From positions 57,226,001 through 57,290,000 of the forward strand of contig OX597814.1 in the NCBI GenBank assembly GCA_951406725.2: a stretch of 64,000 nucleotides of DNA, given 5' to 3'. The number at the start of each line of letters is the position of its first letter. Positions within the stretch are counted from its first letter, which is position 1. Origin of the DNA: Octopus vulgaris (taxonomy: Eukaryota). The translations under genes and the position numbers were made by a program. The notes beneath the pieces were generated by a model that was not told where the DNA came from, did no database searches, and saw nothing but the letters and a program-made list of their open reading frames with translations. Shown here one piece after another: positions 53,451 through 64,000 of the stretch.

Positions 53451-54915
53451 GGAAATAATCAGGACAGAATGTTATCGCAGAGTAAGAGCAATACTCAAGA
53501 CAGAGCTGAATGCGAGAAACAGGATCGAAGCGATCAATGCTTTAGCCATACCAGTCATGACTTACAGTTTCAATATCGTTAACTGGTCAATTACTGAAAT
53601 ATGTAATCTTGACAGAAAAATACGAAAACTGTTTGATGACGCATAGAATGCACCACCCTAAGGCAGATATAGAACGACTTTATCTGCCAAGAAAAGAGGG
53701 AGGCCGTGGACTTTTACAACTGGCAATAACAATGAAGATTGCTACAATTGGCCTAGACACCTACCTGAATAACTCTGAGGACTGGATGTTAAAACTTGTC
53801 TCAAAACATGAAAACAAGAAAGCATCATACTCAGTAACAAAACAGGCAAAGGAATATCTAAGTGAATTCCGAATACAACAAATTTCTGAATTAGACATAC
53901 AAGAAACAAGCACAGAAAAAGATAAGCGCATGAAAACCCGTGCTAAAACTGCTGCCTTAGATATCCTGATTGATAAATGGCAAGAAAAACCTCTCAATGG
54001 CAAATACCCAAAGAGAGCGAATAATGCAGATGTTGATAAAGCCCTGACCCATCAATGGCTAATGGCTTCTGGCTTAAAATCTGAAACAGAAGGGTTTATC
54101 ATAGTAGCTCAAGATCAATGTCTACCTACAAGGAACTACCAGGCCAACATATTAAAGAACGGCAGTAGCCCAACATGTCGTGTATGTCAACAACAAAATG
54201 AAACCATTGATCATGTTTCTCCAAGTGAAGTCTTCGTGCGCCTACAGAGTATCTCAACAGGCATGATAGAGCTGCACAATATATTCACTGGGTAATTTGC
54301 AAAAGCCTGGACTTGACCCATGATAAAAACTGGTGGGAACACAAACCACCTCCAGTGCTTGAAAATGACCACATCTCACTCCTCTGGAACTTCACCATTC
54401 AAACTGACAGAAAGATAGATGCAAATAGGCCAGACATCATATTGAAAGACTTCAGACAAAAAACATGCCTCCTCATTGATATGACTGTCCCAATCGATAT
54501 AAACATATCTGTCAAGACCTACCAAAAACTGAGCAAATATAAAGATCTTGAAATAGAAATCAGCAAGATGTGGAACCTGAAGACTAAAACAATACCTGTT
54601 GTCATAGGTGTCCTGGGAATGATAACAAAAGGGGCTGATTGCTACCAGGAAACCCAAAAATTGCAGAAATTCAAAAGATAGTGCTCATGGGAACTGCTCA
54701 TATCCTACGCAAAATACTTTCTATGTAATCTCAAGTTTTAAAACAAGCATGATTTTCGTATGGTTTTTTTAGACATTCACTAGTACAACACTAAGTACAA
54801 AACCAAATATATGGCACCCTAGGCATAACACTAGCACGTCCAACTTGTTGTTTCTTGAGGTCCCTGGGTGAGACTTGGAGCCAACTTGTACAAATGTAAA
54901 GCAAAAGTCAAACAT
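53450..54915 (+). mobile_element. 5'-truncated R4/Dong-like non-LTR retrotransposon inserted in (AAT)n
   Basis: HHPKADIERLYLPRKEGGRGL, CRVCQQQNETIDH and NRPDII..LLIDM..QKLSKY (restriction-like endonuclease); 3'UTR followed by AAT repeats; the empty site is at 20585-20630. Confidence 0.9.
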
Positions 54916-54929
54916 AATAATAATAACAT

Positions 54930-56010
54930 GAAGCAAATCAGAAGAAACTGTTTTAGGAACTAGGTGGGCAAATACACGTTACAATGATACCAGATGCAGA
55001 GGAAAGCAAGGCATTCTGCAGAGGGATCTGAGACCAACCTGTACAGCATAATGATGAAGTGGAGTGGCAGCAGGAAATCCAAGACAGGTTAAGAAATATA
55101 GAAGTCCAAGAAGACATAAAGATAACTAAAGAAATGATAAAAAAAAAAAACAGATAAGAAAATTCCTAAATTGGAAGAGTCTAGGACCGGATGGGATCCA
55201 AGGGTATTGAATGAAGAAGCTGAGAGAACTCTAATGAAAGTAGGGCACAACAGCTAGATGAGTACTTGCAGGAAGGCGCTGTACCCAGCCGGATGACAAA
55301 GAGAAAATTGTACCAAGGATCCCGAAAAGGCAAATGTTGCATCCAACTTAAAACAAATAACATGTCTTCCTCTAATGTGGAACCTATTGTCAGGTGCTTT
55401 GGAAAGAAGTGAGCTGCTAACCCATTAAACAGATTGGGTGCCGAAAAGGACTTGGGGAACGAAGGATCAGCTCTTAATTGATAATCTATTTATCAGGAAC
55501 TCCAAGAGAAGACATACAAACCTGAGTATGGCATGGATTAGCTATCGCAAGGTATACGATATGATACCACACTCCTGGATAATAAGAACAATGGAAATGT
55601 ATGGAGTAGCAGAGAATATGAGAAACCTTATATGGAATAGCATGAAATACTGGAAAACGGAATTGACAGCAGGAAAGCAAGTAATAGGAGAGATGTTTTC
55701 CTAGTATTTTCCAGGGGAACAGTGTGACTCCACTGATGTTCGGGGTGGAAATGATCCCCTTGAGTGAAATACTACGAAAAACGAAGTTTGGGTATGATCT
55801 CGGAAGAGGTAAGGGAAAACTAAACTACTTGCTATTCATGGACGACCTGAAGCTATTCACAAAAACTGAGGCAGATCCGGACAGCCTATTCCAGTCTGTG
55901 CGGATTTTCTCCAAAGATATTAAGACGATGTTTAGATTCTCAAAATGTGCCACGATGGTGATGAGATGAGGAAATCTTGTCAAGACAGAAGGCATATGTT
56001 TACCTATTTT
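54930..56010 (+). mobile_element. R4/Dong-like RT fragment
   Basis: [13 protein letters not shown] and LLFMDDLKLF motifs. Confidence 0.85.
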
Positions 56011-56624
56011 CAGAGAAATTCCATCAATTGAGGTACCTTTGGCGCCCGGAGATAACTTTGGCAGAAGGAATAGGGTGGTCTATACCCTCCTAAAGGGACA
56101 TGCTTGACCTCCTCCTTCTGCCCATGCATCAGTCCCTGTCCCACCACCAGCCCCTTTTCGAGTAATACCAACAATTGAGACAAATCTGGCACCCGGAGGT
56201 AAGTTTTGTAAGAGGAATAGAGAGGCCTACCTTCTCCCACAGAGATCAGTCCGACCTCCTCTTCCTCCCACTGCAAATACCCCCACCCCATTCAACCCCT
56301 TCTCTCTCTATTGAGTAATATTGTCGAATGAAATAACTTTGGCAACCTGGGCCTCTTACACTGAATGTGAGAGTCAGATCTCTCCTTTCGAACACATTAA
56401 CAGTTTCGAAACATTGTTTACAAAATAATAGCTGATCATTTGCGAAGGAGCGTGTCAACAGTCAACACAGGATTTTTACTTTGGTAACTTTTCCTACTAT
56501 GTAGCATACTACGATGTATAAAACAGTGAATGGCATGATATGCATGCATTATATTGCACGTTAATTAAAATGTAACAAAAGATTTTTTTATGTTGTTCAT
56601 TTATTATTTTATTCGTGTCAAATC

Positions 56625-57018
56625 ATGACACCAAAATGGAAGTCATCAATTAGGAGAAAAACAAGAAATGCTGCTTCTACCAGTAGGACTCGGTCGGACA
56701 ATATGTACAGACAAGCCGAAAAAGAAAGAGATACAGAAGCACGGAGTGCAAAACGTCAAAATATAGAAGTGAGAGACTCTGATTAACAAAGAAATACCTC
56801 AGCACGTCGATCACGTAGGCTAAATCCGGCTGTCAGAGCTGCAGAACAAGAGAGCAATACCGCAAACTTCGATCAAGTTCTCCCACAATTAGAGCTACCG
56901 AACAAGCCTATAACACTCGAGCACGACTGCGAACTAAGCGAGCGCAATTGCAAGTCGAAGATGATGAGTTACAAAATATTTCCCTCGCGGATAATGAAAT
57001 CGATGAAATGATGAAATT
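56625..57018 (+). mobile_element. Probable Helitron RepHel N-terminal remnant of a second family
   Basis: MTPKWKSSIRRKTRN...EKERDTEARSAKRQ..QRNTSARRSRR..EQESNTA, with a stop codon; the repeat style resembles Helitron N-termini. Confidence 0.45.
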
Positions 57019-57206
57019 AGTCATTTTGTGTGTATGCGCGCGCGCGTATGTGTGTGTGCGTGTGTACACACGTACGCATACAAACACACATATTCAATAC
57101 TTGCGTTTTAATGTGCTCGAAAGTATGTTTTGCGACTGTGCAGTGAGCGATGTTTGTATTTATGATATAAATATAAAGCTGAAAAACTATTAAAACTCTT
57201 ACAAAC

Positions 57207-57335
57207 CTCCACAACTTCTTTGGAAACAGATGGAAACATATTCTTGAAATGATCGAAGAACTCTTGATATTCTATTTTTCCATTGCCATTCGTGTCGATT
57301 TCATCAAAGACTTCACTCCAATTTATAACAAACAT
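57207..57335 (-). CDS. EF-hand calcium-binding (calmodulin-like) gene B, exon 1 of 3; 138-aa product
   Basis: Encodes MFVINWSEVFDEIDTNGNGKIEYQEFFDHFKNMFPSVSKEVVE; GAG|GTTTGT donor; 129 bp as in gene A. Confidence 0.9.
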
Positions 57336-57705
57336 CGCGAACTAATTGTAACGAAAATGGATATTAACCTCGAGGAGAAGTGCTATTTTCCTGTCTGTAG
57401 TATGGAACACTTGTCACACTTAGCTAGCACCCTTTTGCTTTTATATAAAACAACTCCTACCACCCACTACTAAAGCTGCTGATAATTCATTGGTTACCAG
57501 CAGTGCCTTTCTTTAACCTCACCATCAGAAAATCTGCTAAAATTATTACATTCCCGCTACCACACATCACAGACGCTTCTTTCTATAAGTATGGATGGCA
57601 AATCTAATTAACATACTTATCAATGTGGTTATCTTTTGAGAAGTGACATCGATCATTGATCATTGCTTGTTACTGAAAGAATGCTAGTTCACTCATACAA
57701 GCATT
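57336..57705 (-). promoter_or_regulatory. Proximal promoter and 5'UTR of gene B (TATA 57438-57447)
   Basis: Reverse complement is near-identical to 361-736, including TATATAAAAG and CCAAT. Confidence 0.75.
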
Positions 57706-58009
57706 CACAGGCTTCCCTTGTACACGCACACACATACACACATATACTCACACATATACTCACAACGCCGTTTGATTTTAATTTTCAGCGTTGAATATTC
57801 ACCTCCCACTTCTATTGCACACGCACACATACACAAACACACACACACATACACACAAACATCCATATAGCCCCTTTTATATACACACAGATATACTCAA
57901 ATAGAGTCGAAGCGCTCCCACTACCATTTGCCATCACCCCTTCCTTTCTCATTCATATGTTGTGACGGAGAAAAACACAAGAATATTATTATAGTAGATA
58001 CACACGCAC

Positions 58010-58065
58010 ACACACATACACATACATACACATATACACACATACATACATACATACATACATAC

Positions 58066-58096
<31 letters not shown>

Positions 58097-58190
58097 CATA
58101 CATACATACATACATACATACATACATACATACATACATACATACATACATACATACATACATACATACATACATACATACATACATACA
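58010..58190. repeat. (ATAC)n microsatellite
   Basis: Directly visible. Confidence 0.95.
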
Positions 58191-59910
58191 TCGCAAAGGC
58201 ATGTTCCAAGGGGACAGCCTCTCTGTGATGTTCTTTATACTTTCTGTAAACCCACGTCGTTTATGTTAAAGAAGTCTGAGGGATATGTCACTGGTTCACA
58301 AGGCAACAGAAATACCAAAATTACACAGTTTCTTAGTGGATGACTTGAAACTTTATGCAAAGAATATGCATGAGATGAAAAAGAACCTTAACTAAGTTAC
58401 AACATTCTCGAAGGATATAGGATTGGAGTTTGGTCAGGATAAATGTTTGTTATATTGTTGTGAAAAGGGGGATAGCTATAAACCAGACGAGCAACATATC
58501 CATCAATGATTTGATTGTTTCCCCTATATCTGACGAGGTATGTTACAAGTATCTGAGAGTGGACGAAAACATATCTTACAATGAGCACCTGTAACAGAAC
58601 ACGTATCACTAAAGAATATTACAGTCGAATAAAGAAAATTTGGACCTCATAACACTCTATATTCAATAAAACATAGCCCACAATGTGTTTGCAGTGTCAG
58701 TACTCATACCAATATTTGGGCTGCTTGATTGGATGCTTGTGAGATCCGAGCCATTGATGTGAAAAGCAGGAAGATATTAACCAGCACACATAATTTCCAC
58801 ATAAACAGTGACGTAAACCGTCTCTACCTAAAATGAAAACAAGGTGGCAGAGGCTTATCATCGATCCAAAATACCTTTGAATGTATCATATTTCTTCGGT
58901 AACATCTTTTAACTACCAAGTGTCGAAATGCATCCCATGACCAAGTTTGCATACATGAGACTCATAACATCATAACACTTGGAAGGCAGCTCTTTGAGCA
59001 ACATTCCTTGTCTAATAACCTAGAATACATGCACAAAGAAGTCGCACGACTCTATCACAACATATCATCAGATGAAAGGATGAGACTATATGAGCAGAAG
59101 ACTATGTATGGATATGCTAGTAGAAAGCTCCGGGACGATAGTAACATTGATCATCAAAGCTGTCTGTCATGGACTAATAGCTAGATTACTACCTCCCATT
59201 TTGAAGGGTATGCGTTTGCAATCCAGGAGCAGGAAATATCAACCAAATACCTGATGCACAGAAGGGAGAGAAATGTTGGAAAAGCAGGAATATGTGACAA
59301 GTTATGCATACTTTATGGAGTTAACACCGAAAATATCACCCACATCATAAGCAGTTGTATGAAAATGTCATCACGGTATTATCTACCGATGAGACATGAC
59401 CTTGTAACTAGGACTCTCTGTAATGACACCCTATAATGAAATCCGCCGGAAGGATAGCCCCGAGGACAAAGAACCCACAGTATCGTAGAAGCCATATTAA
59501 CAAAAAGGAGTACTGGTGGAATGTCCCAGTGAAGTCATCAATAAAATGTATGCACAACAGACCTGACATAATGATTTGGGATAAAGAAGAGAAACTGTGT
59601 GCAGTTGTGGAAGTTAGCTGCTCAGCGGATGTTAATATAAAGCTGAAGGTCAGTGAAAAAGAGATTACCTACGCTGAACTGAGAAATCTGCAGTTACTCT
59701 ATTCAGGTTACAAGTTCAGGTTTATACCTGTAACTAATGGAGCCTGAGATATATAACACACTACCTAAATACCAACTTTGAGAAATTAGGCTTCACAAGA
59801 CCAGAAAGAAGAAAGACAATTCAAAGACTACAGATCCATTCCATCACTGGATTTGTTAAAATCTGTAAAATTTTCCAGATGTTTATCATTTAAATATACA
59901 TGAACCTGTC
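58191..59910 (+). mobile_element. Degenerate R4/Dong-like non-LTR fragment (RT to RLE)
   Basis: RKGMFQGDSLS, VDDLKLY, ITHIISSC...RHD and HNRPDIMIWD motifs. Confidence 0.85.
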
Positions 59911-60568
59911 TAGATGTGCAAGGATCTTTGTGGTTTTCGTCACTGTTTACAATTATGGTTTAAAAATTTTTTATGTATCATATAGATGTAATTTTTGACG
60001 CTGAATCCGAATTTATTATTCATATATTACAGAAAGCTTTTGGCAAAAATGTTACAGGTGTTCAGGGGTGGGGAGTACCGGTATGTCAAAACATTAAACT
60101 AGCTACAGTAAACTGAAAAACATTAAAACATTCAAGAGCAAATTCAATATTTATGAGCTACGAACAAACAAACAGGAATTGCTAGAAATAATAGTCGATA
60201 CATTGCTTAAAACAGACATTTATTAGTTTAAAAAAATTTAAGAACGAAAATTTGCAATACACTCTAGGATTGTGTAAAATAAATTATATTTCTCATATCT
60301 CCTCCACATAAATTCACAATCATAAGAGCCAACTATGGAATGGTGTGTCCCACACCGACATTTTTTCCAACCTTAAAAAATGGTCATCTCACTGCTTACA
60401 ATCATTTCAATAAATTAATTACAAATTTGTACATTAATATTACATTTTTGTGACATGAGTATAATTTCATCAGAGAAAAAAAGCTGCTCCTTTTGATGTT
60501 ATATATGGACCCATCTTTTTTTCTTCTTTTAAATGGATATAAACTGTATGTATGTATATAATGTATGC

Positions 60569-60603
<35 letters not shown>

Positions 60604-60604
<1 letters not shown>

Positions 60605-61589
60605 TAGCATTATGACCCGTCGTTGCCGGGTCATAGTGCTAGTGCATGTATATATGTGTATATATATGTGTACATATTACATGTACATCTATATATATAT
60701 ACATCTACACATAAAATATAAAATACAAAGTTATATCTTGATATCGCTAGTGATAACAATGCTCAAAATATATAACAGACTGGAATTGTTAGCCCGTCTC
60801 TTGTAATTTCGATCAATCGTATCTTGTCCTCCCTCTTGTATAGAAGTGTGGCTACAATCCAGCCTACCTCTACTTCTGGGGGAAGGGCGTTTTAAATTTT
60901 TATCCAGGACGTTCTACGTCCCAGATATAAAGGTAAAAATAAAATATTTCCATTTTGCAAATTCGAGTCGAGTACTCCCTTGCACGCTCCGTTGACTCGA
61001 ACCTTGCTTCTATTATGGCGAATTTACCGTCTCTGGTTAGATATCTTTCATAGTCGCACCAAGATACTTTTCGAAGGCGCTTTCCTCCAGGTGTTCAAAT
61101 CTTCTTTTTTCTCTACATTGTATACTTTATAGACAATAGTCTTTTCTTTAATTTAATTTTTTATTATCCATCTGGACTATTCCATTTCAGCACACTTATT
61201 TTATTTTTAATTTATTCCCATTCATGTGAAACCACTTATTCAAGTTCAAGTCATTGATGCAATTTTATACCAATTGCTATTTTTACTTTTGTTATGTTAC
61301 GATTATATTATACTTTAGTTTGATTTTAATTATTACTTACTACATATAATTCAATTGTCATTATTATTTTTATTGTTAAAGTGAAAGTATCTGAGAAATG
61401 TTTTGTTTCACTTTTAACACGTAATACTGAAATAGTGGAGAAGATATAATATTGCTATGGGCTCGCTCTAGGCAAGAAGTTGAACATTTTTGCCCATGAC
61501 ACTACATGGCACGTGAAAATTTGAATGAAATTGGTTGTGTAGTTCTCAAGTTTTAGGGAATCGTAGTGGAGAAGATATGATATTGCTGT

Positions 61590-61590
<1 letters not shown>
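60604..61590 (-). mobile_element. Probable non-autonomous Helitron-like element with a palindromic CTAG-bounded terminus
   Basis: CTAGCATTATGACCCG-tcgttgc-CGGGTCATAGTGCTAG at 60604-60642 within a TA tract; the right boundary is uncertain. Confidence 0.45.
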
Positions 61591-61644
<54 letters not shown>

Positions 61645-62506
61645 GTACGTCTGTCTGCATTCCTAGAGAAAATTATTATCGTCACCACCACCACACAATC
61701 ATGAGAACAAATATTATGAATCAGATATTTATTGGGTTAATTTATATATGCGTGTGTGTGTATCTACATATAAATATGTATATATAATGTATATATACAG
61801 AGTGTATATATCTGTATTCATATATTTATATATGTGTGTGTGTGTGTGTATAATTTGTATACATTTGTATATATAATGCGTACACACACATATAATGCTT
61901 ATATATATACATATATATATTTAATGCGTATATATATATATATATACATCATGTGTGCATTATGTCGTCGGTTGAGCATATCTCAGTCTGGTCCGGGAAT
62001 CGAACTCATTACCTCTTGGTTGTGAGCCCGATGCTCTTACCACTGGGCCATTCGCCTTCACACACGTATTTAGATGTACAGTTTATATATCAATGGATGG
62101 TCATATCAAGAACATTTTTAAAAAGAGTTTATTTTGTATTTTCCTTGAAGATTGAAGTCTGATCCTTTTTCATATTAAAAGTATTTGAATATAGAACTGT
62201 GACATCTCACTTTGCAACTTCTTGGAAAAATTACTGATACAAGTAGCTCAAGCGGACTCATGACCTGGTTTCATGATTCTGACAGTAGTAATTACCAGCA
62301 TAGTAGTCATGGGTGAGAAGATATGCATTAACTTCAATAAAGAATTTCATGAAGCGTAGTAGGTAATCTAAAATTTTATCAATGACCAATATTTAACTTC
62401 CATTATGAAAACTCATCGTCGTAACCGACTGAGTGTCACTTAATATATAGGGATATTAATGAAAGTTTATATCATTTTATATGCAGGATATGTTTCACAT
62501 TAAGTA

Positions 62507-62574
<68 letters not shown>

Positions 62575-64000
62575 TCATTCACTCACACACACAGATCTTT
62601 CAGATAGATAGACAGACAGACACACACACTCACACACACACACACGCGCGCGCATATGTATGTGCAAGTACTTAGAAATTTTTGCTTTGCTACCCTGGTG
62701 CGCATTTATCCAACCAGTCTGGATTGAACTGTAAACCGTGGTGAAGGCAACTAGACCCAGGAGATGAAGAAATTTAACGGAAAAACTAGTGATAAGTTGT
62801 TTATTAAGCTTCTGGTGAACATTTTGTCGCCTACATTGGTGGGTGGCCTGAAGCAGCTCTGTGTCTTGGTGGAAGAAGCCGAAACACCTACAGAGTTACT
62901 TCACCCCATTATAAGACACCAACTCTTATGTTTGGAAGAGACGTGTTCCCCTAACTCTTTAAACCCGGAGTCATTGCGTGTTTGCACCACCTGCTAGAGT
63001 AAGCTGAAAATCTCCTTCAATCGGCCTCGTTTTTTATTTAAAAAAAAAGAAAAATGATCACATTTGGTAGATCAATTCCAAATTCACCTATACTTGAAAT
63101 AAAATGTCTGGAACGCATTATATCTTTGATTTGCTCAATTAGAGCTGACATGGTTTGAAACCCAACAATCTCTCATTTGGTAAGTATCTGCAGTTTCGCA
63201 GAATTCAGTATTGCGGTTATATAATGTTGAAGATATTTGAAAGATGCCCCAATGTTAAGGGTGATGCAGAAAGACATTTCCGAAGCTGCAATTAATGAAG
63301 TTTGGAGAAATTTGATGTTAAGTGGTGGACTGTGTGTGGACGTGCCGTTCAATGCTAGGTTAATGCTGGGTGAAAGAGTGTTTTGGCTACATGAGGGTAT
63401 AAGACGTAGGAGAGTAAATTTTCAATAGATTCCAATTACACATGAACGCGCGCGTGCGAGTGTATGTACGTGCCTGCGTGCGTACGTGCGTGCATATGTA
63501 TGTATGTATAGATGTATGTGTGTATGCACGTGATATCGAAGAGGTTGTAGATCATTGTCTTCTTGAGTTTATAGACAGACCAATGAAAGCGGAAACTCCT
63601 TGCCCTATTCATATATCCTCACAATAAAATAAAAATAGCAAATCAAATTAAAATAGAAATATAAGAGATACAAAGAGGACTTTATTCCCCAATAGTGAAC
63701 TTTTTTCCAGCAGTAAATTAGACCAGTTTTTCTCAAAGTGATTCACATGAAAAAAAGAATGATAAGAATTTATTTTATAAACGAAAGGTATTCGTTATTT
63801 TCTGAGTACTGTTATATGTTTTAGATACAAATAGATATGTTCTCTAACCCCTAACTTGATGACATTAAAATTAAGGCGGCAACAGATGAGCGTAAAATGT
63901 TGACATGGAGTCCTCAATTTTGGAAAATTGCAGAAGTTTTTCGCAGATAAAAATTCAGTTTGGAAACTGCTAAATTACAGCACTTGCTTATTCACAATTA

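Noticed and set aside
61985-62060. tRNA-like sequence on the minus strand (A and B boxes)
   Set aside because: The acceptor stem does not pair; it resembles a SINE head rather than a functional tRNA.
62700-63430. Short ORFs near the right end of the window
   Set aside because: No recognisable domain or splice structure; possibly decayed TE sequence.

Overview
Repeat-dense eukaryotic DNA. The SINE families, dense (AT)n/(ATAC)n/(AAT)n microsatellites and TE content resemble an octopus (coleoid cephalopod) genome; the taxon is inferred, not verified. The only host genes I can support are two paralogous three-exon genes in convergent orientation, each encoding a 138-aa calmodulin-like EF-hand protein: gene A (+; 737-865, 4278-4363, 8734-8935) and gene B (-; 57335-57207, 49230-49145, 44311-44110). 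By hand count their proteins are only about 56% identical, yet their proximal promoters are about 97% identical and the starts of intron 1 about 94% identical. The rest of the window is mobile DNA: a near full-length degenerate Helitron (about 34.8-42.3 kb) with a deleted inverted sister copy, further Helitron/Helentron derivatives, many R4/Dong-like non-LTR fragments, most of them in (AAT)n tracts, Penelope-like termini with hammerhead-like motifs, RTE and Tc1/mariner relics, MITEs and tRNA-derived SINEs. A 2-kb piece of gene B intron 1 also occurs inverted at 19.9-22.0 kb. All identities were counted by eye and no database searches were run.
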